Source: Patescibacteria group bacterium UBA7435 (lineage in GTDB: Bacteria; Patescibacteriota; Minisyncoccia; Phycocordibacterales; UBA918). Taken from it: DNA of 64,000 bases. Location: assembly GCA_002477545.1 (NCBI GenBank), contig DLQJ01000007.1, positions 87,188 to 151,187 on the forward strand, given 5' to 3'. Under the pieces are notes generated by a model that had not been told where the DNA came from, ran no database searches, and saw nothing but the letters and a program-made list of their open reading frames with translations. Position 1 is the first letter of the stretch. Every line of letters starts with the position of its first letter. A program made the position numbers and the translations under genes. Positions 9,932 through 19,420 of this stretch are shown here, one piece after another.

Positions 9932-10880
9932 TTTCTTCTTCAGTTACGTCACTGGTACTCGACGTGGTTGTCCCATTTTCTAAATCAACCAAAATCGTGT
10001 CTGGCACTGGCACCGTAAACAAATCAGACTTTATCTCAGTGAGAATTGCTTGTGCTTCTTCAAAAGAAACACTCTGTATTGGTGTGATTCCAACCGACAC
10101 TAAGCGGATACTCGACAGAGGAACCTCTGGCGAAACATAACCATACTGCTCTGGACGTGATGCTTCAGATTGCACCACACTCACTTCACCATACACTCCT
10201 GAAGTGATAGACGGGAGTACCACCAAATCACCTTCTGAAATCTCAATTCCTTGTGGTACTCCCACACGTAATTGTCCACCACCGATCCCTACAGCATTAG
10301 TGTAAATGTCAGGACCTATGATGTATACCGTTGCTTCAAAGCCGGCAGTTGTTGCAAGCTCCACAAGCGCACTGTGTGCTGTGGCATGCTTCACAATTCC
10401 AATGACCGTATTTTCTCCTATAAATACTGGAGCACCGGTGACTACACCCTCTTGCGTTCCTCGATCAATCATCAGGGTGTCGTAGGGCAAAACACCTGGT
10501 CTTCCAATTACTCCTGCAAGTACCCGTTGTTCTCCATGGTCTCCCAAAAGACCTCGTAATTCTTTATTTTCTTTTACTAATGTATTGAGTGTAAAAATAT
10601 CACCCCCGACAGTAGCAAGCTCTTGTCGCAAAGTATGTATCTCATCAACTAACTCAGTTCGGTTACGTAAATACATTGGCAAACTTCCACCTGACTCTGC
10701 AACCCACGTCTTTACACCATTTATTGGTGCCACAACAACACTAAATACTACATGGAGCGCTTTAGGCACGAGAAAAAGGAGCACAAGACAAACAAGCGTA
10801 GTAACTACTATGCGTGTGAGATTCTTATTCTGAGAGGTGCGGCGATAATTCCCCCTCGTTATCGACGAGAATTTCTTCAT
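9921..10880 (-). CDS. mreC: rod shape-determining protein MreC
   Basis: 319 aa; TM, coiled coil and beta-rich MreC domain; acidic C-terminal tail. Confidence 0.8.
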   Translation of the reverse strand: MKKFSSITRGNYRRTSQNKNLTRIVVTTLVCLVLLFLVPKALHVVFSVVVAPINGVKTWVAESGGSLPMYLRNRTELVDEIHTLRQELATVGGDIFTLNTLVKENKELRGLLGDHGEQRVLAGVIGRPGVLPYDTLMIDRGTQEGVVTGAPVFIGENTVIGIVKHATAHSALVELATTAGFEATVYIIGPDIYTNAVGIGGGQLRVGVPQGIEISEGDLVVLPSITSGVYGEVSVVQSEASRPEQYGYVSPEVPLSSIRLVSVGITPIQSVSFEEAQAILTEIKSDLFTVPVPDTILVDLENGTTTSSTSDVTEEENEE

Positions 10881-11898
10881 AATTGTCCAAGTTCTCTAAT
10901 ACAATACCAGTTCCACGAACAACTGCACGCAATGGGTCAGGCACAATATATACAGGCACCTGCATAACTTCTTGCAAAAGAGATGCTAGACCAGGAATAA
11001 GCGCTCCTCCTCCGGCGATATGAATACCTCGCTGCATTACATCAGCAAGTACTTCTGGAGGTGTTTTTTCAAGCACCGAACGCACCGCCTCAACAATCGA
11101 ATCAACCGAGTGTGAAATTGCTTCTTTAATATCAGTGTCAGTAATAATTACCTCACGCGGGAGTCCTGTTACTACGTCACGCCCGCGTACCACCATTTCC
11201 TTTTCTTCATCATGACTAATAGATGCAAGCATTACCTTCGCATCTTCAGCTGTCTTGTCTCCAACGAGCACTTTAAATTGATCTCTGATGTAACTGATAA
11301 TTGCAGCACTTAAATGATCTCCCGCCACTCGAAGATTTTTTGCAACCACAATTCCATTAAGTGAGATTACTGCAATGTCTGTATTCCCACCTCCTATGTC
11401 TATAATCATGTTTCCAATAGCCTTCCCAACAGGAAGCTTTGCACCAATAGCAGCAGCCATTGGTTCTTCAATTAAAAATACTTCACGTGCCCCAGCATTA
11501 CGAGCCGCATCGCGTGCCGCCCGCATCTCTACATTCGTAATTCCCGACGGAACGCCTACAAGTACACGAGGAGCGATAATACTACGCGTGTCACTACGCA
11601 CTTTATTAATAAAGTACGCAAGCATTTCTTCGGTTACTTCAAAGTCCGAGATCACTCCATCAACCAGTGGGCGAATCACTTGAATATGGTTTGGCGTGCG
11701 CCCCATCATAACTTTCGCTTCGTTACCCACTGCAACAAGTTGCCCTGTTTTTTTATTCATTGCAACGATCGTCGGTTCATTTAACACAATGCCTTTACCC
11801 TTTACATACACAAGTGTATTTGCTGTCCCAAGGTCAATACCAATATCAGTTGATACCGCTTCCACCATTCTATCTATGTGTTTGAGTATTTTTTTCAT
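10825..11898 (-). CDS. mreB: rod shape-determining protein MreB
   Basis: Actin-fold motifs GIDLGTANT, GIVLNEPT, DIGGGTT; start chosen at MKKILKH (11898), 10 nt after the proS stop. Confidence 0.9.
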   Translation of the reverse strand: MKKILKHIDRMVEAVSTDIGIDLGTANTLVYVKGKGIVLNEPTIVAMNKKTGQLVAVGNEAKVMMGRTPNHIQVIRPLVDGVISDFEVTEEMLAYFINKVRSDTRSIIAPRVLVGVPSGITNVEMRAARDAARNAGAREVFLIEEPMAAAIGAKLPVGKAIGNMIIDIGGGNTDIAVISLNGIVVAKNLRVAGDHLSAAIISYIRDQFKVLVGDKTAEDAKVMLASISHDEEKEMVVRGRDVVTGLPREVIITDTDIKEAISHSVDSIVEAVRSVLEKTPPEVLADVMQRGIHIAGGGALIPGLASLLQEVMQVPVYIVPDPLRAVVRGTGIVLENLDNYEEILVDNEGELSPHLSE

Positions 11899-11908
11899 TA
11901 CAGTATAT

Positions 11909-13162
11909 TTACACAGCAAATTTGCTGTACAGTTCATCTTCAGTCATATAGGACACATCTCCAGTTGCGCGTGCAACCACTTCAAATTTTCCCTCCTCTT
12001 TCATTTTTTTACTTACCACTACACGATACGGCATACCAAGTAGATCCGAATCAGCAAATTTCTGCCCTGGTCGTGCATCACGATCATCATACAACGTTTC
12101 CACTCCTCGCTTTTGCAATGCACTATAAATACCATCAGCCCAATCTTTAATTTCTGAATCATCACCATTAAGACCAATGAGGTGCACTGTAAACGGAGCA
12201 ACACTTTCCGGCCAGACGATTCCTTTGTCGTCAGAAAGAAGATCAACCACCGTACCCATAGCGCGAGCAGGTCCAATACCGTATGAACCCATAATAACGG
12301 GTTGATCATTTCCTTCTTCATCTTTATACATAAGACCAATGGCTTCTGAGAATTTGGTTCCTAAAGAAAAAATATTTCCAACCTCAATACTCTTCCGTTT
12401 TTCTAAATCATCTTTAGTAACGCCAAGTTCTGAGAGGTCAGCTTCTTCAAGCACTTCTTCGTTTACTGCGATACCCTTCTCTTGATCTACATACACAATA
12501 TCTTCCCCAGCTTCAGCAAGTGTTTGAAACTCGTGGGAGAATTTTGTAAATGCACCTCCGGATGCAAATGTTTTGTATGTCACTTCTCCAATACCAATGC
12601 GGTCAAAAATCCGTGCATATGCCTGCGCACACGCTTCGTAAAATTCGTCATGCTGTTCTTGGGTTGCACAGAATGAATACAGATCTTTCATTGCAAACTC
12701 ACGGGTTCGCATGATTCCACTTTTAGCTCGCATTTCATTACGGAATTTCGTTTGAATCTGGTATGCAAAAAACGGCAGGTCTTTGTACGATGAAACATAC
12801 TGTCGCATCAGATCAGTAATCACCTCTTCATGAGTCCAAGCAAGTCCCACCTCACCACCTGCTTTAAGCTCAGACTTAAACCATACGTCAACATTCTCAT
12901 CACTCCACCGATCTGAAGTTTTCCAAAGTGCTGGATCTTGTAAAGATGGCATATGCATCTCTTGCCCTCCAATACCATTCATTTCTTCACGAATAATAGT
13001 ATTGATTTTTTCAATCACACGAAGACCTAATGGGAGAAATGAATACGCTCCAGCCATATTCTTGTAAATATATCCTCCTTGAATAAGTAACTGAGCATTT
13101 TTTGCTACCTCATCTGACGGTGCTTCTTTTTTTGTTTTACTAAAAAGTTGTGATTGTTTCAT
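11909..13162 (-). CDS. proS: prolyl-tRNA synthetase (class II, short form)
   Basis: Class II core motifs, anticodon-binding and C-terminal domains; start moved to the internal Met (MKQSQLF). Confidence 0.8.
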   Translation of the reverse strand: MKQSQLFSKTKKEAPSDEVAKNAQLLIQGGYIYKNMAGAYSFLPLGLRVIEKINTIIREEMNGIGGQEMHMPSLQDPALWKTSDRWSDENVDVWFKSELKAGGEVGLAWTHEEVITDLMRQYVSSYKDLPFFAYQIQTKFRNEMRAKSGIMRTREFAMKDLYSFCATQEQHDEFYEACAQAYARIFDRIGIGEVTYKTFASGGAFTKFSHEFQTLAEAGEDIVYVDQEKGIAVNEEVLEEADLSELGVTKDDLEKRKSIEVGNIFSLGTKFSEAIGLMYKDEEGNDQPVIMGSYGIGPARAMGTVVDLLSDDKGIVWPESVAPFTVHLIGLNGDDSEIKDWADGIYSALQKRGVETLYDDRDARPGQKFADSDLLGMPYRVVVSKKMKEEGKFEVVARATGDVSYMTEDELYSKFAV

Positions 13163-13170
13163 GTGGTTAT

Positions 13171-13209
13171 AAATTAGAGAGAGGGCCAAAAGCTGTGCTT
13201 TTGGCCCTC
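13171..13209 (-). terminator. hairpin terminator after the small membrane protein gene
   Basis: gagggccaaaagc-tgt-gcttttggccctc 13-bp stem. Confidence 0.6.
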
Positions 13210-13268
13210 TACACAGTTCCACTATAATACCCTTCCTTACCCGTTCTGACAATTTTAACGCTCGGGAG

Positions 13269-13511
13269 CTACGTCTCTTTTTTAAACGTCTTAGAAAAGG
13301 AATACGCTGAAGCGACTGCCCAGACTACATTCAAAATCAGGAACGGGACACTGTCGAGCAATATTGCATACACCACCAATATTCCAGGCCCCACAACATT
13401 CAGCAAATCATATATTCTTGATTTTGTAGAAAGAATGCCAAACTGATTGAGAACAAATCCAAAAAGCACAATTCCTGCTCCTGTTATTCCTAGTGTTGTA
13501 GTGAAATCCAT
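13269..13511 (-). CDS. small membrane protein (80 aa, 2-3 TM)
   Basis: Hydrophobic ORF directly downstream of rseP. Confidence 0.4.
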   Translation of the reverse strand: MDFTTTLGITGAGIVLFGFVLNQFGILSTKSRIYDLLNVVGPGILVVYAILLDSVPFLILNVVWAVASAYSFSKTFKKET

Positions 13512-13512
13512 A

Positions 13513-14607
13513 CTAGAAAATTTTAGTCAGGTCATTGAAAGTGACAAGAATCATCAGTAGCATAAGCAGCATGAACCCAGCAATATTCAATCGTGCAACC
13601 CACACTGGATTAATGGGCTTTCGTGTTACCACTTCAACACCCACCATGACCAAACGTCCTCCATCAAGTGCTGGGAACGGTAACATATTAATAACAGCAA
13701 GATTCAATGAGATCACTGCAGTAAACATAAGGAGTGACGTCAGACCAAACTCAGCTGCATCTCCTACTAATCCCACAATGCCAATTGGTCCTGCAACCTG
13801 TGAAAAGTCAGCAGTTCCTTGTACGCTTTGTCCGAGCAGTGTAGCAATTCCAATGGTGATCGCTTTAAGTGAAAACACAGTCGTCTTCGTTGCACTCCAA
13901 AGTGCTTCATGCACAGGCTCTTTCACCGTTTCAACAAGTGACAACGCTACTCCTACAGCAGCTCGTTCAGGATCATCAAGAATCAAACCTTTCTCTGGGG
14001 TTATTATTGCTTCTGCAGTCTGCCCATCAAGCGTGTACGCGATAGTCACTTCGTTTTCACCATTTGCCTGCGTAAATTCTGCAAACGCTGAGGGTGTAAG
14101 TTCGTCAGCAGCATCTCCATTTACTGAGAACCCTGTAACCTGTGCCCCAACAGGAAGCAGTGCAACGTCAGCAGGGCCTTCGTGCACCACGTGTACCACG
14201 GTTAATCGTGCACCATCAGTAGCAACATCTTCATCAACCGCCGTAGGAAGACCTACCATAAACACAATTGCGAACAAGAACCATGCAAAGATGATATTCA
14301 TTGTTACCCCTGCAATCAGTACTGCAGCCTGTGCCCATTTACTCTTTGCAGTAAAAGAGTCAGAAGGAATATCTCCATCGACAGTAACATCTTCAGCATT
14401 TTCACCTGCAATTCGGACAAACCCTCCAATAGGCAGCGCATTAAACGTGTACTCGGTTCCCCGCCATTTCTTACCAAATAATTTCGGTGGAAATCCAATA
14501 CCAAACTCATCTACCCGCATTCCTGTTTTCTTAGCAACAATAAAGTGCCCCCATTCATGTACTAGAATAAGTACAAAAAGTACCAGGAAGAATAATAGAA
14601 TAGTCAT
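13513..14607 (-). CDS. rseP: RIP site-2 zinc metalloprotease RseP
   Basis: HEWGH (HExxH) motif in the first TM; PDZ region; LDGG motif. Confidence 0.85.
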   Translation of the reverse strand: MTILLFFLVLFVLILVHEWGHFIVAKKTGMRVDEFGIGFPPKLFGKKWRGTEYTFNALPIGGFVRIAGENAEDVTVDGDIPSDSFTAKSKWAQAAVLIAGVTMNIIFAWFLFAIVFMVGLPTAVDEDVATDGARLTVVHVVHEGPADVALLPVGAQVTGFSVNGDAADELTPSAFAEFTQANGENEVTIAYTLDGQTAEAIITPEKGLILDDPERAAVGVALSLVETVKEPVHEALWSATKTTVFSLKAITIGIATLLGQSVQGTADFSQVAGPIGIVGLVGDAAEFGLTSLLMFTAVISLNLAVINMLPFPALDGGRLVMVGVEVVTRKPINPVWVARLNIAGFMLLMLLMILVTFNDLTKIF

Positions 14608-14609
14608 AA

Positions 14610-15158
14610 TTAGCGAGAGATTTCAATTTCTTTCTGTGTGTAGAGCGCTTCCAATTGTGTATTGATAGCTTCAACTTTCTTTTGGGCAGATTCCTTTTGT
14701 GTAAACTTCTCATCCTCACTAATATCTCCGTCTTTTTGTTGCTTCTCCAAGTCTTTCATAAACTCATCACGCACAGTACGTACTGATACACGTGCATCCT
14801 CAAGCTTACTTTTTCCAAGTTTCAATAATTGTTCACGTCGATCTGAGGTCAGTTCTGGGAAAATAACTCGCAAACCAGCAGAATCAGTCGCAACTGAAAT
14901 ACCTAAATCTGCTTCTCGTAATGCAGTTTCTATAGCAGTGATACTCCCTGCATCCCATGGAGAAATACGAAGTGTTCGTGCATCCTCAACACCCACTGAA
15001 CCAACTTGGTTTAATGGCATCATACTTCCGTAGTTCTCTACCTTAATACTATCCAAAAGTGCAGGCGTTGCCTGTCCTGTTCGAATACCAATATATGCGG
15101 TGCTTAACCACTCTAAAATTTCTTTTCCTCGTGCATCAATGTCTATCATATGTATCAA
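14610..15158 (-). CDS. frr: ribosome recycling factor
   Basis: 182 aa with full-length Frr similarity. Confidence 0.9.
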   Translation of the reverse strand: MIHMIDIDARGKEILEWLSTAYIGIRTGQATPALLDSIKVENYGSMMPLNQVGSVGVEDARTLRISPWDAGSITAIETALREADLGISVATDSAGLRVIFPELTSDRREQLLKLGKSKLEDARVSVRTVRDEFMKDLEKQQKDGDISEDEKFTQKESAQKKVEAINTQLEALYTQKEIEISR

Positions 15159-15185
15159 TTTATTTACGTATATATAGTAGCACAG

Positions 15186-15809
15186 CTACTGTTTTGGTAG
15201 TGCTAATGCTAACTCTTCACACAACATCTTCGCAGAAGCGCCCGGAGTTTTACTGTATTCTCTGATAAATAATACTGTCTTTAACAACAGTGCATTTTTT
15301 TGTGTATCTCCAGAAGCATACACTTCAGCTCCACAAAGCACATCCTCAAAAAATTGTATTTCTTTTTTCTTAGCCGCATCAGCAATGGAAGCGAGGCGTC
15401 CTGCATAATCATCTGCGACAAACATATCAAATGTATCATTGCTTAGCATTGCTATTGCACTGTCTGAGCTGATAATGGCTACACGTGATCGTAGTGTAGG
15501 AATAAGCATTCCCTCTTGTGGTATGACCAAATAAAATTGCGCGAATTCTGGTGGGTCTTCAAACAGTTTCAGTAAGGCGTTTTGTGATTCAATAGGCAAT
15601 ACTTTAACCACCAATACAAACACGCGCATATCTTGTTCAATTGGTTTTTGTAGTGCGTCAGTTGATAAGGTACGTGCATCAGCAATACTAAATCTATCAA
15701 GGACTATATGCGTAACATCACTTGATGATTTTTTATAAGCTTCAGGTACTCCAGAAGCTTCTAGGGTGGAAGCTATACAAACATTTGCGTGATGATCATC
15801 AGTAGTCAT
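15186..15809 (-). CDS. holB: DNA polymerase III delta-prime-like clamp-loader subunit (short)
   Basis: LLKLFEDPP (LLKTLEEPP box) and TLRSRVAI (SRC sensor) present; only 207 aa with no P-loop. Confidence 0.55.
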   Translation of the reverse strand: MTTDDHHANVCIASTLEASGVPEAYKKSSSDVTHIVLDRFSIADARTLSTDALQKPIEQDMRVFVLVVKVLPIESQNALLKLFEDPPEFAQFYLVIPQEGMLIPTLRSRVAIISSDSAIAMLSNDTFDMFVADDYAGRLASIADAAKKKEIQFFEDVLCGAEVYASGDTQKNALLLKTVLFIREYSKTPGASAKMLCEELALALPKQ

Positions 15810-15873
15810 GTCGATAAGTATACCAAAGGAAACCCCACAGTACGATTACTCGTACTGTGGGGTTGGTACTTAG

Positions 15874-17469
15874 TTATGCAACGGGTGTGTCGGTAAATTT
15901 TTTACCCAGAATGTGTTTAATAACGCGGCGCAGGTAATGTTCAAATGTCTCTCCATGTTCATGAAGAATTCCTTCTTCATACCGCCAGCCGTTCATATAA
16001 TCAGTGATACTGCGCTTGATTTGTGGTGTAGCTTCATCAAAACGTCCTGCGACAATCGCTGACATAGTCAGTTGTGAAAGTTTTTTATACAATGGGTGCT
16101 CAACTCCGCTTGGCCCTGTACCAAACAGTCCACTACTCTTAAACAGTCCCCATTCTGAAATAAGTTGATTCAAACCGTTTGTTACGTCAGGGGTCATCAG
16201 CGGATCAAGTGAAGCAATCTCAGCATCTTTTCGTTGCTTGTCAGTAACTGCAGCTTCTTGTTTTTGTGAAGTTAGAAGGTCCGCAATTTGTTTCTCTTTT
16301 GCAACTGACAGCATGTCTGAGGATGCATTTTCCACTTCTGGAACTACGGGGGCAACATTAGGCACGGGAGTAACTGCTAGTTTAGCAACTTCAGGGCTTG
16401 ATGCTACAGCAGGAGCAGGTGATGTCTCAACAACCGGTGATACCGTTTCTGCAACCACCTCTGGTACATGTGTTTGGTGTACCGAAGCAAAACCTGATAC
16501 CGCAGGAGCCGTAACGGGCGCCACGGGTTTCGAAGCATCGTCTGGCGCAATAGCAGCAGGTGTCGGTTCGACAATTGGTTCTGCTGGTACTTGTTCAATC
16601 TTTTTATTGGCTGAAGTTTCAGATACTGGTGCTGTTTTTTGTTCTGGGGGTACAGTATCTTGCACAATACCCTTTGAACCCACTGTTACTTGCACTGACG
16701 CAAATGCAGTCTCAAGACGCACCATTGCTGCTTCAACTTCTCCAGATGATCCGCCGTTAGTCTTCTTCATAGCGTCCAATAACGCACTCATGTACTCACG
16801 TCCAACTTCATTATTAACATCAATAAGATTTACCGGATTCCCAACCAGTGTATTAACTTCTTTTTTAATTTCTTTGATTCTATCTGCTGTTGATGTTGTT
16901 GATTCAGATCCAGAAGCCACAACTGGTTCTGGAGTAAGTACGTCAGGCACCTCTGCAGCAGGTTCATTAATAGGCTGTTCAGCTATCGGTTGCTCAGGTT
17001 CTGAAATTTCGACCTTTGTTGGTTCTACTGATTGAGCTACGGGTGCGACACGTGATGTTTGTGACGCTGTAGATATTGATGCTGGAGTAAATCGTGGTTG
17101 CATCCGAGTATTCCCCATACGATTCAAAGGTTTTTGTGTCTTCACTACTTCAGGAGTAAACACTTCCGATAATTCTTCCACAGCTGTAACGGCTTCTTCC
17201 TCTCCAAGTACCGTAAAACCATACTCAGCAAAGGTAGTCCGTAATGTGTCAGTTACTTGAGCATCAGGAACTGCGCGGAATGAAAAAATCATGTCACGCA
17301 ATTCATTTTTGGTGTCTACCGGTAGAATACTGTGGTGAATCTTTTTAAGAAGTTTGAGTACTGAAATTTCATCACGCAGGTAAAAGGCAACGCTTACTTT
17401 TTGCGTTGAAGAACCAATGGATGAAGAACCTCCTGTCATACTCGACATATCCCACACAGTATACACCAA
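15874..17469 (-). CDS. hypothetical protein with a ~250-aa Pro/Ala/Val/Glu-rich low-complexity linker
   Basis: 531 aa; structured N- and C-terminal segments; no TM; 41-nt gap to the upstream gene. Confidence 0.5.
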   Translation of the reverse strand: MVYTVWDMSSMTGGSSSIGSSTQKVSVAFYLRDEISVLKLLKKIHHSILPVDTKNELRDMIFSFRAVPDAQVTDTLRTTFAEYGFTVLGEEEAVTAVEELSEVFTPEVVKTQKPLNRMGNTRMQPRFTPASISTASQTSRVAPVAQSVEPTKVEISEPEQPIAEQPINEPAAEVPDVLTPEPVVASGSESTTSTADRIKEIKKEVNTLVGNPVNLIDVNNEVGREYMSALLDAMKKTNGGSSGEVEAAMVRLETAFASVQVTVGSKGIVQDTVPPEQKTAPVSETSANKKIEQVPAEPIVEPTPAAIAPDDASKPVAPVTAPAVSGFASVHQTHVPEVVAETVSPVVETSPAPAVASSPEVAKLAVTPVPNVAPVVPEVENASSDMLSVAKEKQIADLLTSQKQEAAVTDKQRKDAEIASLDPLMTPDVTNGLNQLISEWGLFKSSGLFGTGPSGVEHPLYKKLSQLTMSAIVAGRFDEATPQIKRSITDYMNGWRYEEGILHEHGETFEHYLRRVIKHILGKKFTDTPVA

Positions 17470-17510
17470 AGAGGTACGAGCTGTGCTCGCACCTCTTGTG
17501 GATACCTTTT

Positions 17511-17819
17511 CTAAACTCCCTGACTTTGAATACGAGAAACAAATTGTTGCATAAACGAATGCTGTTCTTCCTGCAGGATCGTGTTGAACGATGGATATGT
17601 TTGCTGAATATGGGCAAGTGTTGCATCAAAAGTGTCATACGATTCAATGGCATGTGTAAATGCATGCAGCTGATCTTCGGTTAGTGTATCCATCAAACGC
17701 ATAATGGATGCATCAAAAACTAATCCGCCAATTTTAGCCACAAATGCAGCTCGCTGTGTTGGTACATAATTCTCAATCCCAAGTACCTGTAGTTGTTCTG
17801 TTGTAAGTTGCACTGACAT
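17511..17819 (-). CDS. hypothetical protein (102 aa)
   Basis: ORF separated by 1 nt from the upstream gene. Confidence 0.45.
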   Translation of the reverse strand: MSVQLTTEQLQVLGIENYVPTQRAAFVAKIGGLVFDASIMRLMDTLTEDQLHAFTHAIESYDTFDATLAHIQQTYPSFNTILQEEQHSFMQQFVSRIQSQGV

Positions 17820-17820
17820 A

Positions 17821-19416
17821 CTATATATACTTAGTTACACTTTCAAAAAATGGCTGCAGGTTAATGCCGTTTTCATCCCCCTGAAAAACGGTGTGTATAT
17901 CTCCTGAATCAATTCCCATCTTTTTTGTAAGTTCGGTGTGTGCATTTGGATTTTTTTCTACATCAGCAATAAGTGCCCACATACCGGCAAGGAATTGTGC
18001 ATTGGAAACATCAAGGCCTTCAGCTATAGAATGGTCAGCTTTCCATGTTTCAAAAGCAGCTTCGGAAACTGTATCAATCACTTTACCTTCAGCGTTCTTT
18101 GCTCCCGAGAATACATATGAGACCTCTTGTTCACCTGGAGACATCTCAGAGGGAGCTGTATAGGTAGATGAAATACCTTCAGCTGAAACATGCGTGTTCA
18201 TTTCTGCTGCAGAAGTGAACATTGAACCGTCCAGTGTGGTAATGACGTCAGTCTGTTCTATAACCGTACCTTCTTCATTTATGGAAGATATCTGCTCTGA
18301 TTCAACTGACTGATTACCTATGTGTTTAATTCCTGAATCTGGTGTGGAAATATCATTTGTTGATGCATGTGCAGTTGGAACTTTAGGTATTGAAAAAGCT
18401 GGGTTAGACATATCTTCGTTATTAAGCATCGTTGGAAATGTCACTAAAGCAGCTAACCCTATGGCTTTGGCAGTACTCCAGAACCCCTTTCTGTCTTTTT
18501 TTATTTCACTAATTTTTTCAAAATATCCTCGTTCTGAAGCTCTTGTCTCAAGCGTAGCTTGCATCTCATTGAGTACTTCTTCAGGTTTTTCATTCTCAGA
18601 TAATTCGACCTTTTCAATAGGTTCACTTTCACTAGAAAAACCAACGAACTGATCGTCAGTCGCATCCTTAACACGCATATCGGGTGTTAACACAAGTCGT
18701 TCTGATTTTTTATTTTCCCCATCTGCTTCAGGTCCAACATTCTGAGAAAGTTCGTTAAGACGTTTAGTCTCAGACAGTTGAAATGCTTCAAACCCCTCTG
18801 CCGTATGCTTCATATCTGCATTATCATCTTCAGGAAGATCAAGATCACTTTCCACAGAAGTGACAGGTTGATCATCACTCAGGGCTAATGAGTCAGGTTC
18901 TACAATCTCTTGATTGACAGAATCTTCTTCATCTTCAGGAATAAGTGTTTCTAACTGCACTCCATTTTTTCTTGCAAAAGTTTCAACACGGTTACGCAAT
19001 TTTACCAATGCATTAAATTTAGTTTGTATATCTTGGACATCATCTTCCGTAAGAGCTGCATCACCTTGCTCTTTTGCTTTACGTGAGACTTCACCAAGCG
19101 CTTTCTTTAATTTTGCATACTGCATGCGAAGCGGGAAGTTTCCTTCCACTTCTTCTTTCGAGAGCCCCAGTCGGGGACTTTCATATCCTAAAGCAGTACG
19201 TATCTGATATCCTTCTGTAAAAAGTACAATTGCAGATTTAAACATCTCTTTTCTTCCTTCTTCAGTTTCTAAAGAGACCATTGGCATCTCAACTGCTTCT
19301 TGAGCAATTTTTGATTGCTCAGGTTTATCGCCTCCCGAACCAGAACCTTTCTCAGGTTCGTGTACCACGGAAAGATTAAACTCACCGTACCGTTTTTTGA
19401 AAGATTCTAAACCCAT
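17821..19416 (-). CDS. hypothetical acidic protein with a single central TM
   Basis: 531 aa; acidic coiled-coil-like N-terminal half; TM (GLAALVTFPTML); Ser/Thr-rich probable extracytoplasmic C-terminal half. Confidence 0.5.
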   Translation of the reverse strand: MGLESFKKRYGEFNLSVVHEPEKGSGSGGDKPEQSKIAQEAVEMPMVSLETEEGRKEMFKSAIVLFTEGYQIRTALGYESPRLGLSKEEVEGNFPLRMQYAKLKKALGEVSRKAKEQGDAALTEDDVQDIQTKFNALVKLRNRVETFARKNGVQLETLIPEDEEDSVNQEIVEPDSLALSDDQPVTSVESDLDLPEDDNADMKHTAEGFEAFQLSETKRLNELSQNVGPEADGENKKSERLVLTPDMRVKDATDDQFVGFSSESEPIEKVELSENEKPEEVLNEMQATLETRASERGYFEKISEIKKDRKGFWSTAKAIGLAALVTFPTMLNNEDMSNPAFSIPKVPTAHASTNDISTPDSGIKHIGNQSVESEQISSINEEGTVIEQTDVITTLDGSMFTSAAEMNTHVSAEGISSTYTAPSEMSPGEQEVSYVFSGAKNAEGKVIDTVSEAAFETWKADHSIAEGLDVSNAQFLAGMWALIADVEKNPNAHTELTKKMGIDSGDIHTVFQGDENGINLQPFFESVTKYI

Positions 19417-19420
19417 ATCC

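Noticed and set aside
13535-14665. 376-aa plus-strand ORF antisense to rseP
   Set aside because: Ser/Thr/Ala/Pro-rich low-complexity translation typical of the antisense frame of a membrane-protein gene. No RBS or promoter. rseP on the other strand has HExxH and PDZ.
16238-17035. 265-aa plus-strand ORF inside the Pro/Ala-rich protein gene
   Set aside because: Antisense of a low-complexity coding region. Gly/Ser/Thr-rich composition artefact.
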